Source: Eledone cirrhosa (taxonomy: Eukaryota). From it: a stretch of 64,000 bases of DNA. Shown piece by piece: positions 12,931 through 25,099 of the stretch. Within the stretch, counting starts at the first letter, position 1, and each line of letters begins with the position of its first letter. The DNA is taken from contig CAXHJY010001675.1 of assembly GCA_964016885.1 (NCBI GenBank), positions 19,157-83,156 of the forward strand, written 5' to 3'. A program made the position numbers and the translations under genes. A model generated the notes under the pieces. The model saw nothing but the letters and a program-made list of their open reading frames with translations. It was not told the origin of the DNA and did no database searches.

Positions 12931-15900
12931 CGCCCCCCTGATCTCAAGGATCAATTTCCCCCCCGTCCTTCTGCATATGAAAGTCTGCTGTCCAGGTTGG
13001 TGGTTTGCGACTTCTTTGCGATCTCCGCAGTGTTGGGCCACACTTTGGGTTTCCTCTTCCTCGGAGTCCGTTGACACAGTGATTCTACGGACATCCAGGA
13101 CATGACATGGTACTCCGTCCATGGACACATTTTTCTGGGAATTTATGGCCGTCACAGTTCCCCTTCCCCATTGAGATGTGCAACGTGCATCTGGGGGCTT
13201 AACCCAGACTTCTTCGCCCACCTGCACGAATGCACTCTCTCTCCCCACTGGCCGTTGAGGTGGCGTGCATGGGTGCCGCCACTCGTATCTGAATACTGCT
13301 CTGTGTGGCACCGATTCCTCGATCTGTCCCACCCAAGGGGACATGTTGTACCAGAACACTGCCTCCATTGGTGAGATATGGCCCCGCTCCGCCATTGCCT
13401 TGATCGTCCGGTGGTGTCGCTCCACAATTCCATTCCCACTCAGCCTGTGCGCTGCTCTGAAGAAACGGTCCACCTTCCATCCATCGAGCATCTCCCTCAG
13501 CGCCTCCAAGCAGAACGCTGCGCTGTTGTCCATCAGCAGTTCGTCCACAGGGCCCCGCTCCAAGAACACCTCTCTCAACGTCCGCATGATTTCCTCGGAA
13601 GTTCCAGTCTTCATCTCCCTCCATATCACCATCCGTCCTGGTCCACAGTCGACCATCGAGAGGTACGTTCCCTGTCGGTAGTGCGTTACATCCACCGCCA
13701 ATCACTTCCAGTCGCGATCCACCGGGAGGCTTCCCATTTCGTGCACATCCGGGGCGGGATCAATGGACTGACATAGGATGCAGCCTCTAACCACGCTTTG
13801 AACACTGTGTTTGTTAACGTCCGAGTCGATTCTCCTGGCTAGGAACAGGCTCCTATCCACTCCCATGTGGTGCATGTCATGCAACCCTTCAGATCCGACT
13901 CGGTCAACCGACACACGGCAGCTATCTCATCTTCTACCTCCTCCGGCGCTTCCATCCAGGCTTTCTTCACCCTAGTTAAGACGTCCGCCCTATTTTTCTC
14001 TGAGGGCATGAAAACTACACTCAGCCTCAGGTCGAACTCGGTGGCCAGCTCTCCTAAAGTTCCCAGGCAGCGCTTTATCAGCATCTCCGCCGCCCATCTC
14101 GTTCGCACTCTCTTCTCACTGGTGAGCACTGATCTCACCCATCCGAGTACAGTAGCCGAGTCAGTGCGTATCTCTATGGTGCGCAATCCCCACCTCAGGG
14201 CGAGGTTCACCCCTCTCAACACTGCGTCCAGTTCGGCCACATTGTTGTGGTTGCTGTCGTCCTTCTTCCTAAGCCAGGCTGCATCCTCGACCTCAACACC
14301 TCGCATCTCCAACATGACACCCAGCGCTATGCTGCTGGCATCGCACCATACGGTCCCGCTCTGCAATTTGGAACATACCAGCGTCCCCGCACTGGGTCAT
14401 CGGCCTTCACCCTCCCCACGATCTCCTGCCCCCACGATCTCCTGCATCATGGCCACCGTCCTCTCTCCCACTCTGTCACTCCAAGTCACTCCTCCCGCTC
14501 GTCTCTTGACATAGCTGCATGCCGTCCATAGCCACCCAGCAATCGGGTAGTGACCCACCAACTTTCCACACACCGAGAAAAGCTCCCGCCTACTCATACT
14601 TGGGCCCAGTTCTGGAACTTCATTTCCCCTCTGGAATACCAAGACGCCCGTCCTGTCTCGCCGTAGCCTAAGTCCCAGCGAGGCTCCTCCCTCCAACGCT
14701 TCTGACGGCTTCGCAGCCAGTCCATACCCCTGTAAATGGCTCGTGACCTCCGCCGCCAACACCACCAACTCGTCCACTAAGATGTCGTCAATGTAGGAGT
14801 TAATGGCCCTCTTCATCTTATTAGCCTTTCCCAGAATGGTCTTGAGGGCCGCCGCCACGATCTTCGGTGCAGAGCTCAGCCCGAAACCGAGCCTGGTCAG
14901 GCAATATGTCCGGCCCTTATACCTGACCAGCTGATACTGCCAGAGCTTCTCATCTATATGCAATTGCAAGTATGCTGACCTTAGATCTACGATTGCTGAA
15001 CCCCCCGTCATGTGTCTCCACTCACGCAGGGTTTCCCCACAGACATCCGTGACCTCGCCACCCATGTGGAATGACACGCGCTCGTTCAGCTCCCGAAAGT
15101 CCAGCACCGGCCTCACCTTGTTCTTTGTGGGTTGCGCCACCGCCATTAACAGCAATACTCCGCACTTCACCTCCTCTTTCCAGGGAAGCAGTATGCCCCC
15201 CTCAATCCATCTCTCTACCTCACGCTCAAACTCGCTCCTAATGTTTCCCTTCAATGTGTGTTGATAGCAGCCCACTTTGGTCTTCAGTTTTGGTGGTTCT
15301 CCCTTCCAGTACCACTCAACAACCCATCACTGCCCATCGAACACGGCCTTGAAGTCTTTGTCCTGCACAGTGTAAGCGGGGTATTTCTCCTCGTGGGCCT
15401 TCTGGTTCTCCTGTCGCGTACTCACAGCGCATACCGATGCAGCGCCGTCAAATGACACACCAACGTTGTTCACTGTGATGCCTCCTAGATGGCCAATTGC
15501 GTCCATGCCCATAACCATGCCGATCCCATCCACCACGCTGTTCACTACGATGGCAGAAAGCCTTATTTTCCTTCCCCGTACCGCTATTTCCATCTCGCTG
15601 CAACCTCGGCATTCAATTTTCCTACCATCGACTGCCCTTACGCTGCTCTTCCCTCTCCACGTCTGCACCACCCCCGCGGTCACCTGTGTCGTCGTACATA
15701 TTATTTCCGGCCTTGAGTCTCTACAGTCTCTAGCCATGTGCGGGCCCTGGCACCTAAAACAGCGACCTCTAAACGTTCGCGGGCGACCGCGTGCCGTGGT
15801 TGCCTCCCTTTCACCATTTCACTGCCAGCTGTCTTGAGCCTCTGTAGTTGCTATCGCCTCGACACTCTTCTTGGCATCTTCTGCTATGATCCGGGCTTGT

Positions 15901-16502
15901 TGCACCAGTGAACGCATTTCCATTTCTTTGTAACCCGGGACTTGCTGCAGTTTCACCGCTATGTCGTCTGCAAATCCATTTATGAACGCCAACCGCACCG
16001 TGCGTTCGCATTCCACCTGATATCCAGCCAACATGGCCAATCGCCGTATTTCCGCTGCGAAAATGTCAACGCGTTCACCGTTCCATCTAATTCTTGCCAG
16101 CTTAGCGAAAGCGGCTAACGGTCCCTCTGCGAACGCTTCCATCATGCGCCTCTCAATCTTTTGCGCATCTCTTTGGCTGTGTTCATCCAACTCAAGGAAG
16201 AGTACCAACGTGTCCCCTCGAGGTACAGTGCCATGAGGCCAGCCACATCTTCTATCTTCTGTAAGCTTACGACCAGCCGGACTTTTCGCAGCCAAGCGAC
16301 AACATCACCTTCACCGGTAAATGCCCTGATCGCTTCGCTTGTTCATAGTCTCGTCGCCATCCTAATTTGTCTTGTGGTACGTGATAAGAAAAACAACAGA
16401 CTCCTCTGTTTTTCCAGTAGCTTTTTTTTTTTTTTTCAATCAGATCTCAGTTTCCAGTGCCGAAATAGCTTGTGGTTAGAAAAAGCTATCTCACTTACCG
16501 CT

Positions 16503-16733
16503 TTTTATATTTAAACTGAGTGTGGCTTTTCATAGGCGCCACTAAATCCCACTGCTGGTTTCTCCTCTTCCACATGCGTCCAACTCATTAATACCGGGAG
16601 CTGCCAAAACTCATGTCCACACCGTTGCTGGTCACCACTAGAGAGAGGCCGATCTGCTGGCCCTTCCAACCAAGCACCCTTCTGGTCGAGCACTCCCCCG
16701 CTTCCGGCCACCGCACGCCACACCATACCCACA
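16503..16733 (-). repeat. 5' LTR
   Basis: About 12 substitutions (counted by eye) and one 16-bp unit fewer than the 3' LTR. Confidence 0.9.
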
Positions 16734-17029
16734 CTGAGCATAGATTATATTTGAAGAGAGAATAGATTATATTTGAACTGAGCATAAATTATATTTATTC
16801 TTTTAAATTTTGCAAGTGAGGATAGAAAGTGGGTGAGGAGATGAATAGAATTGATTGATAAATCTCTTAAAATATACTTTATATCTGAAGTAAAAGTGTC
16901 AAAATATCATTATCTCCATCCTCATCACCACCATCAGTTCACTGTTGGTGGTCAGCATGATTGTATAAAATAAGATTTTATAAGATTTTAACATGTTCAG
17001 TTTCAGATTTTAGATGAAATACAGTGGTT

Positions 17030-17222
17030 ATTATTAGTCGTTAGTAATTAATTCGTTAATCATTATTCATTGACCATTAGTCATTAATCACTAGCCATTA
17101 TTCATGAATCATTATCCCTTATCCATTAATCATTAGTCATTAATCAATATTCGTTAGTCATTAACCATTAGTCACTAATCACAAGTCATGAATCATTATT
17201 CATTAATCATTAGTCAATCAGT
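17030..17222. repeat. Degenerate 7-mer minisatellite (TCATTAA/TCATTAG)
   Basis: Tandem TCATTAA, TCATTAG, TCACTAG and CCATTAG units. Confidence 0.8.
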
Positions 17223-17926
17223 CACACACCACAAGGGTCATCGGATGCACTTGGTGGTGAATTGATGTTATTTTTGTTTTGCTTTTCTCTCGCTTTGATT
17301 ATTTATTTTGGGGCATTATATTTATAAACTTCTTAACAATAATTAATTGTATATATAATTTGTGTTTATATATTCCTTCTGTAAGAATTATAAATAATTC
17401 GTAACGCTATTTATATAACTGTGAATATAAACATATTTTACCTTAAATTATATCGTGAACTGTTAAACACATAACACCGGTATCATTCAGGAAAGAGAAA
17501 TATTGTGAACGATACCGCGCTCTTGCTATCTTAATTACAACTTTAATTAATCTAATTATTCTATCTTATGTAGTTATTATCTCATGTTAAGGTGAACGTT
17601 ATTATTTGTAGATAACACGGGTGACCTACATGATTGAATATTTCATTTCATCAGAAACTATGCTACATCCTGATATGGTTGTTCCACATTTTACAAAAAT
17701 CACTAACGTCTGAAATATTAGCTATCCTGGCCTTTTTTGACTTTACACTTGGATTTGAAATATATATTGTGCGCTTTTCTACATTTCGTGGTGTACAATC
17801 ACGATTTATTAGGACAACCACACAGTTATATCTATATACATAGACACACATACATTTTTTTTTCTACCCAAAAGTCACTCTTACACTGTCAAATCTATTC
17901 TCAACTTTTAAGAATTCTTTATTACT

Positions 17927-18751
17927 ATGGAGGACGTTAAACACTTGGACATTTCTAACTCACCTGTTTCTACAAATATGGATGCAGTTACACAGATATA
18001 CAGTGGTGAGAAACCTTTACGTAGTGAAACATGTACTGAACAAGGATCATTACACAGAACTATTCCTGAATATAGTTGTGAGATTTGTAGGAAAACTTTC
18101 TCATCAGAACATGAAGTATCCACACACAACAACATACACATTAAAAACAAATCATGTCATTGTTATATATGTGGGAAATCTTTCACTAATAAATTTCATC
18201 TTGTTGAACATATACGCTGTCACACAGGAGAGAAACCGTTTCATTGTGAAATATGTGGAAAATCTTTCCCTAATAAATCTCATCTTGTTGTCCACATACG
18301 TAGACACACTGGAGAAAGACCCTTCCATTGCGAAATATGTGGGAAATCTTTTGTCGAAAACAGCAATTTAATTGCACACAAAAGAACACACACTGGAAAA
18401 AAGCCTTATCGTTGTGAAACATGTGGGAAATCTTTCACCCAGAATGCGAATCTTGTCGTACACATTCGTATTCATACTGGAGAAAGGCCCTTCCACTGTG
18501 AAATATGTGGGAAATCTTTCACTAATAAACATCACGTTGCTGACCACATACGTATTCATACTGGAGAAAGGCCCTTCCACTGTGAAATATGTGGGAAATC
18601 TTTTGTCTCTAACACTAATTTAAATGTACACAAAAGTACACACACTGGGGAAAAACACTTCCATTGTGAGATATGTGGGAAATCTTTTGTCTGTAACAGT
18701 AACTTAAATAAACACAAACAAACACACACACACTGGAGGGAAACATTTTAA
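17927..18751 (+). CDS. C2H2 zinc-finger protein, 274 aa, 8 fingers
   Basis: Eight CxxC-x12-HxxxH units with [14 protein letters not shown] linkers, single exon. Confidence 0.88.
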   Translation: MEDVKHLDISNSPVSTNMDAVTQIYSGEKPLRSETCTEQGSLHRTIPEYSCEICRKTFSSEHEVSTHNNIHIKNKSCHCYICGKSFTNKFHLVEHIRCHTGEKPFHCEICGKSFPNKSHLVVHIRRHTGERPFHCEICGKSFVENSNLIAHKRTHTGKKPYRCETCGKSFTQNANLVVHIRIHTGERPFHCEICGKSFTNKHHVADHIRIHTGERPFHCEICGKSFVSNTNLNVHKSTHTGEKHFHCEICGKSFVCNSNLNKHKQTHTHWRETF

Positions 18752-19464
18752 CTGCGGAACATGAGACACCCTTACTCTTAGAAATCTAAACATCCTAACT
18801 GAACCTTTAGCATTTCTACAGACTCCAAACATTGTTTGCCATTTTTTAATTAAAAACTTCTCTTTTAATTAAATTCTTCTCTTCTTAAATTGATATTAAA
18901 TCGAAAACGATGTCTTCTTCATTCACAGTTGTATAAATAATGTTACAAATTGTTTATAATTTTTACAGAATGAAAATATAAACACAAATAATATATAATT
19001 AATTATTCCTAAGAACCTTATACATATACACAAAAATATATAATCAAAGCGAGAGCGAGAAAAAATCAATTTACCACTAAATGCGTCAATTAGTCACACC
19101 ACAAGGGTCGGAAATTTTTTAGACAAGCCAACACGCTTGCAACATTACCGCGGGTGATGGCGAGGCTAAGGCGCTGAACAACCAGGCACCCTCATTTGCA
19201 TCACCTGACACCTCGGTAAGGCAAGCCGCTAATGATAAGAACTTCGCTGTCAGCGGCCGAGTTCCACCAAACGTCTCGAACCCCAAGAATTTTGAAGGGG
19301 TTTTGTTTCTTTTGCAACACCAACATTCCCTGTTTTAATGTGTAAATAAGGTACACTCTATCACCTGATATAAAGCCGTATGTGTTTTGTCTTGCCTCAA
19401 AAAGTTGCAAACCAACATTCTATGTTGTAGTGTGCATGTATGTGTTTTTGTCTTACTATCTAAT

Positions 19465-19640
19465 AGTGAAATGTATTGAACAAGGAGCATTACACAGAAA
19501 TATAGCTGTGAGATTTGTAGAAAAACCTCATCAGAAGATGAAGTATCCACACACACAAAGACGAATACACTGGAGACAAACACTTCCATTGTGAAATATG
19601 TGGTAAATTGTTCACTAAGAAATCTCATCCTGTTGAGATC
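19465..19640 (+). pseudogene. Decayed paralogous fragment of the 17927 ZNF 5' region
   Basis: Aligns by eye to about 18023-18208 (GAACAAGGA.CATTACACAGAA, GATGAAGTATCCACACAC, CATTGTGAAATATGTGGTAAA) with indels. Confidence 0.75.
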
Positions 19641-20159
19641 AGAGGATCACTTCAGGTAAGACACTACTCTGAATTGAGAGATCACAGCTCCGATATTATG
19701 GACAAGTGGTTGGAATGTCTTGGGGAAAGAATTTCTGGACACATTTTGAGGACAAAACCAGCCAGCAGAAGACCCAGGGGTAGACCCCAAGAAAGATGAT
19801 TGGATAACATCTATGAGTTCAGCTGGTCTCATTTGGGGAACGAGCAGGATCAATTGGAAACCGTTGTTTCTGACAGGGTTCACTGGAAGACAAGCTTAAG
19901 GACTCTGCATCCACAACCCTCCCAGGAATAAATATGTCAAGAAAATTATTTTTGTTTAGTCCCAGGTCAACTCTGATAAAGCAATCTTATTATGTAAGGT
20001 GTCTTTCCTTTTTTTTCAGAAGACAATAGACTGTGGTTTGAAGGAGACTTGGTTGCTATTTCTAGCAAGTTGTGTAAACACATAGAGGCTCATTTGTGAT
20101 TTTCTGTACATGTTTATCATTAGGTATCACTGTTTTATCTTATATTTATGACAATACTT

Positions 20160-20435
20160 CATTCATCATCATCATCACTGTTTTACGTCCATTCTTCCAC
20201 GCTAGCATGGGTTAGACGGGTTGTCCTGTTGTGGGTAATGCTAGTTCAGCTGACCATGTGTTGCTCATACAGAACTGATTTTGGCTTGATTTCTACAGCT
20301 GGATTCCCTTCCTAAAACCAACCTCATTAACTGATTACTGGATGCTTTTTTACTGTGGTGCCTACACGACTGCTTTACACTGTGGACTGGGTGCTTTTTG
20401 TTGTGACACCTACACAACCACTTTACAGTGGGAGG
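20160..20435 (-). mobile_element. RTE 3' UTR fragment with (GAT)n tail
   Basis: CATCATCATC followed by the reverse complement of the shared RTE 3' end. Confidence 0.7.
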
Positions 20436-20999
20436 GGGCAGGGGCATACTGTCTATATGCTTCAGCTTCGGCTTGTACCCCTGGGAAGTCCTGTTGATAT
20501 ATGCTAGTGGCATACCTAACATGTGGAACTGTAGTTGTAGCACTCTCTAATTTGCTTATATTTCTTTTAATATCAGATGTACTATTGTCAAGAATGTTAA
20601 AGGTGTATTATCATTATCTGATGAGGATCCACATAAGCCTAAAGTTGAAAGCTGTGTGAACTAGAACTTCCTGAGAATCTGAACGTTTCAAAATCAAATA
20701 AATATACGTTCTGTTTAACTCTTTAATACTACTATTTTCTTTATTAAATTAAATATAAGTAGCAATGGAGGTGGATGTTCTGAAAATATAGTAGCCAGAA
20801 TGAGAATGGAATGGAAAAAGTTCAGGGAGCTAGCATCACTGCTAGCTAGAAAAGGTTTTTCTCTCAAAATGAAAGGCAGAATGTATGGAAGTAGACTTGA
20901 GTAATATGTGAAAAGGACCTACAAAGATTGTAAAGAAATGAAGCTTGCATGCTTCATTTCTTTGCGATGCCACAACAAAAGTACTCAGTCCAACTGTAA

Positions 21000-21845
21000 G
21001 GTGAGCATTTCACCAAGTCACCCTCCTTCTTGACAGGATCTTGATCCAGCTGCAGATCTGGCTCATGGCTTCCAACAGGTTGTCCCATAGAAATTCCTAA
21101 CTTTTCTGTTATATGTTCCCCATCTCTTTCTTACTGTTATAGGCATCAAGTAGGATTTCTCTGAATTTGTTATCTAAAGAAGGTTCTCTGACCTTCCATG
21201 TCTTCCTTCTCCAGACTGTCTTTTGTCTCTTGGTCCACCTAACCCTTACTCTAAGGTCACTAACAACTAATCTATGTTGAGAAGTACATTCCTCCCCAGG
21301 AAAGGACTTGGCATTTACAACAATTTGCTTGTCTCTTTTCCTGGTGAGAGTGAAGTCTATTTGGCTTGTGTGTCCACCTGAGTGGTAAATGATCTGGTGA
21401 CTGACTGGTTTCCTAAAGTTTGTGTTGCAGATAGTTAGCTTGAGAGCATTACAGAACTCCATTTTTTGTATTGTAATTGTAGCTTCCATGTATGCCAGGA
21501 AATCCATTATAGTATTTCCCAACATGTCTGTTGAAGTTGCCAGCTGCAATTTCAAGATCACTGCCATTTATCATTGAGGTAGTCTGCAGAACTTTATAGA
21601 AGTGGTTTTTCTGCTCATTTGCAAGTTCAGCTTATGGAGAGTATAGTGGCTGTTGTTTTGCCAGAGGCTTGTCTAAGTTTAATTATTCTATCACACACTC
21701 TGACTACTCTCAATTACCTAGTTTCAGCTAGTAGTATACCTACCCCACCCACCCCTTTTTTGCAATCCAAGAAGAATTTGTACCAGTGTTCATTACCTGA
21801 GATGAATCTAGCCGAGGTGCCCTCCACCTCATCATGCACACAGCC
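21000..21845 (-). mobile_element. RTE LINE AP-endonuclease remnant
   Basis: GVGGVGILLAE, ICNTNFRK, SQIDF.L, ECTSQHRLVVSD. Confidence 0.8.
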
Positions 21846-22630
21846 CACATCTACTCGTGTGTGTGTATATATATATATATATATGTGTATACATCCCTTC
21901 TCCCTAGACACTATCAGCCACCACTTCTTACTCATCGCCCTGCCAAATCACTGCATTCACCTATAACTTTATACTTATCACCCTTTCCTATCACCTCCCT
22001 CTCCAGAGCAGAGAGGGCTCTTAAGTCATGACTATGGAAAACAACCTCTCTAGTGACAGTGCTATGAAATTGCACCTTGTAAGATGGTTGGCAACAGGAA
22101 GGGCACCGTGCTGCAGAAACAATGCCTAACAGGTTTGAGTAGGACTTTCAGTTGTATCAATGACAACAACTTCCTCGTGTTTGTGATCTAAATGAGAAAC
22201 GTATTCAGTACTTATTGTAAAGTGGTTGGTAATAGGAAGGGCATCCAGCCATAGAAATCTTGCCAAACAATGGGTTGGGAGGATCCTTTACTTGTGTCAA
22301 GGACATGAAGGACCCTTCATTTGTGTCAAAGACATGACAACCTCACTAGTGCTGATGCCATGATAAAATACACTTGGTAGAATGTGGAACCGTTTGTAAG
22401 CAATATGCGAACTCCCAGCCTGTCTGGGAGGTTTGTGGCCTCGATTCAGTACATACATGATCTGTGAAGACGCATCCAACACTTGCTAGCCGGAAGAGTG
22501 GATGTTACATGATGATGTTAATTGTGAATGGCATCTGGAATAGACCTGTTTTTTCTCTAAGAATTTTTTTTTCTTTCTGCCACTGCCCACTCTCCTCTAT
22601 CTTTCTATTTCTTTTTTAATTTACGATTCT

Positions 22631-22668
22631 ATTTTCTGATGATAGGTTAGCACCTGAAACGTTAAGAT
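22631..22668 (+). ncRNA. Minimal type-I hammerhead-like motif, family C
   Basis: ATTTT-CTGATGA-T-AGGT(TAGC)ACCT-GAAACGTT-AAGAT: intact core, stem I ATTTT/AAGAT, palindromic AACGTT in place of stem III. Confidence 0.65.
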
Positions 22669-22764
22669 TGTTTTCCTATTCTATCAAGTGTAAAACTAAT
22701 AATATATTTCTTCATTGTACTGTGTCGTTTGTTTTGTTATTTCTGTTTGTCTTTTGTATATATT

Positions 22765-23420
22765 GTATACGAACAGCAATGTTACATGGTAGTGAGACCT
22801 GGGCATTGTGTGCAGATTGGAAAGAAATGAAGCATGCATTTTCCATTGGATGTGTAATAGTAATATACACATACAGCAAAGCATAAACGAACTAAGTGAG
22901 AAATTGGGCATAAGAAGGATCAGATGCAGTTTACTAGATGGGAGATTGTGTTGGTCTGATCATGTGATGCGTATGAAGGATGACAGCTGTATAAAAATGT
23001 GCAGGGCAATTGATTGAAAAAAATTGATGGGAGCAATGGATGAGGTAATAAAAGCTGATCTTGCACACTTGAACTTTAGAGAGGATCAAGATTTTTGGTG
23101 CTATGCAAGTAATACAGAAGACCTGCCTTGTAAGCACCTCTTAATCCAATTTACACCCTACCCCCACACAACCCTTACCCTGTAAAGTTATGTTGATACC
23201 ACAAAACATCCAGTCCACACTGTAAAGTGGTCATGTAGGAGACATGGCAAAAAGCACCGTAAATGTGGTTGGCATTAGGAAGGGCATCCAGCTATAGAAA
23301 ACTAGCCCAAAACAGTCCTATATGAGCAAACACCCAACCAAATTGCCTCAAATGGAACAAATCTGTCTAACCCATGCTAGCATGCAAGATGGATGTTAAA
23401 TGATGATGAGGACGATGATA
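22765..23420 (+). mobile_element. RTE LINE 3' end
   Basis: TAMLHGSETWAL, HVMRMKDDSC, 3' UTR, GAT tail. Confidence 0.8.
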
Positions 23421-23447
23421 TATATATTTATTATAAGAACATATTGA

Positions 23448-23495
23448 TGTTTAAGTAAAGAATTGCTGCTTTCACCCTTATTGAGGCCTCTTCGG
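23448..23495 (-). ncRNA. Type-I hammerhead-like motif, family A (partial, CCGAAGA core)
   Basis: Minus strand CCGAAGA-GGCCTCAATAAGGGT-GAA-AGCAG..TTACT-T-AAAC. Homologous to 47099-47174; the stem I 5' strand is missing. Confidence 0.5.
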
Positions 23496-23528
23496 ATTTT
23501 AGTCTTCACATTTATTACTATATATATA

Positions 23529-23853
23529 CAGTGTACCCCGGCATTTGCGGAATTTTATTTAGAACTTAACTAATGATTGTTTGTGGAAACCACCGCATAT
23601 TCACTGAATCATAAATATCTTCCGCAATTTTTTTAATGGCTTTTTTCGTTGCAATATATTTTTTAATGCTAGATTATTAATAATAATATACTGTGTTTGC
23701 TGGCCTATTGGATGCTCCCTTTTTTAAAATTATATTTTACATTATATTTTGACATTTATAGGCATTTTTATGGATCATGTCAAATATTCAAGGTTTTTCA
23801 GTCTTCACGGGTGCTCTAGGAATGTAACCCCTACAAATACCAGAGGACAACTG
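23529..23853. mobile_element. Tigger-like (Tc1/mariner) MITE
   Basis: TA-CAGTGTACCCCGGCATTTGCGG...CCTACAAATACCAGAGGACAACTG-TA imperfect TIRs. Confidence 0.6.
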
Positions 23854-23904
23854 TATATATATATGTATGTATAGTATATTTGTATGTGCATTTATACATA
23901 CATG

Positions 23905-24060
23905 ATAGGCCGCAAATTGGCAGATCATTAGAATGTTATATAAACTGCTTTTCAGTATTTATTTCACCTCTCTGCAATCTGTGTTCAAATCTCGCAGAGG
24001 TCAACTTTGCCTTTCATCCTAACGAGGTCGATAAAAAACGTATCAGTCCTGTACAGGGGT
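23905..24060 (+). mobile_element. SINE, same family
   Basis: GTTCAAATCTCG...AACTTTGCCTTTCATCCT...GTCGATAAAA. Confidence 0.65.
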
Positions 24061-25099
24061 TGATTCTTCCTTTATGTCTCTTTTTCATTTTGTCTCTATC
24101 CTTCTTTAAAAGAAACCGGTTGTGTTCAGACGTGGAAAAATGATGAACTCAACCAAGTTTAAATGCCAAAGGCTATGTCACTACGGCACCCCAATGACTC
24201 TATTGGGAATTACGGGTCCATACAAACACACATAAACATACATTCATATATACATAATCACATTCATATATACAACATGTAATAACTACATGTACACGTG
24301 TACAAAGAGAAACATGTTTATGTACACAAAACTCAAAACAAATCCACACATGCAATGGCATTAATATCTGCACACATACACAAACAAACATACATAATTA
24401 CCTAACTGGCGAATCTCACAAGGGCGCTTGGTTGTTCCAGCGCATTAGCCTCGCCATCACCTGAGGCAACGCTGTGAGTGTGCTGGCTTGCCTCAAAAAT
24501 CATTAGAGAGGTTGCTCGGTACTCCACGCGACATTGCTGTCTTTTGCTCTGTTGTTGGCTCGGTTGTTCACCCCTTCCTTTAGATTTTCTTTAATATTGT
24601 AACATTAAAAGAATATATCTTTCTGAAAGAATCGCAAGCAATTTATAATGTTATCTAAGCATTTGTAATGTTATTTATGTATTTATTTAAAACATATTTG
24701 TTGTTATTCTACTGTAAATTTATTTATATGCTCTGTATAATAAAATAAGTCTTGTTTCTGTGTTAGAAACTGGCTCACTCTCTCTTGGTGAAAATTTCTA
24801 AAAAGAACATACATAAATGATGATTGCTTCATCTTGTCAGATGTTAGCCATCTCAACATCACCTCATTCCTACAAGTCTACACCTTCTCATGTGCACAGA
24901 GGTAACTTTTCAATGAAGCAACAAAAATCAAGACCCAGACCCCACCCCCTGGCACTGATACCACTCCAATATAGAACACACCAGCACAGGTGACTTGGCA
25001 CCTGTGGTTGCTCCTGCCAATACTACACCTCCTGAAATGGTCCTTTGCTTCCAGTGAACTTACTGAGCATTCTGATACCAGCCAGGGGAATTTTTTGTT

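Larger units (their letters stand above)
12684..16733 (-). mobile_element. Gypsy-superfamily LTR retrotransposon, about 4.05 kb, defective
   Basis: Two LTRs. Order is gag (CFRCQGPHMARDC knuckle), protease remnant, RT (YIDD), RNase H (WCDAS), integrase (HHCC; D-D-E in AVDVTH, LMDN, GIVER). Purine tract GAGATCAGGGGGGCG precedes the 3' LTR. Frameshifts and stops present. Confidence 0.93.

Noticed and set aside
17030-17222. Interstitial telomeric repeat or CRISPR-like array
   Set aside because: Units are degenerate 7-mers, not TTAGGG, and there are no unique spacers.
17635-17660. Minus-strand CTGATGA-AAT-GAAA
   Set aside because: No room for stem II; likely chance in AT-rich DNA.
20618-20690. 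CTGATGAGGATCC...GAACGTTTC as another hammerhead
   Set aside because: No convincing stem II closing onto GAAA and no stem I; at best a heavily decayed remnant.
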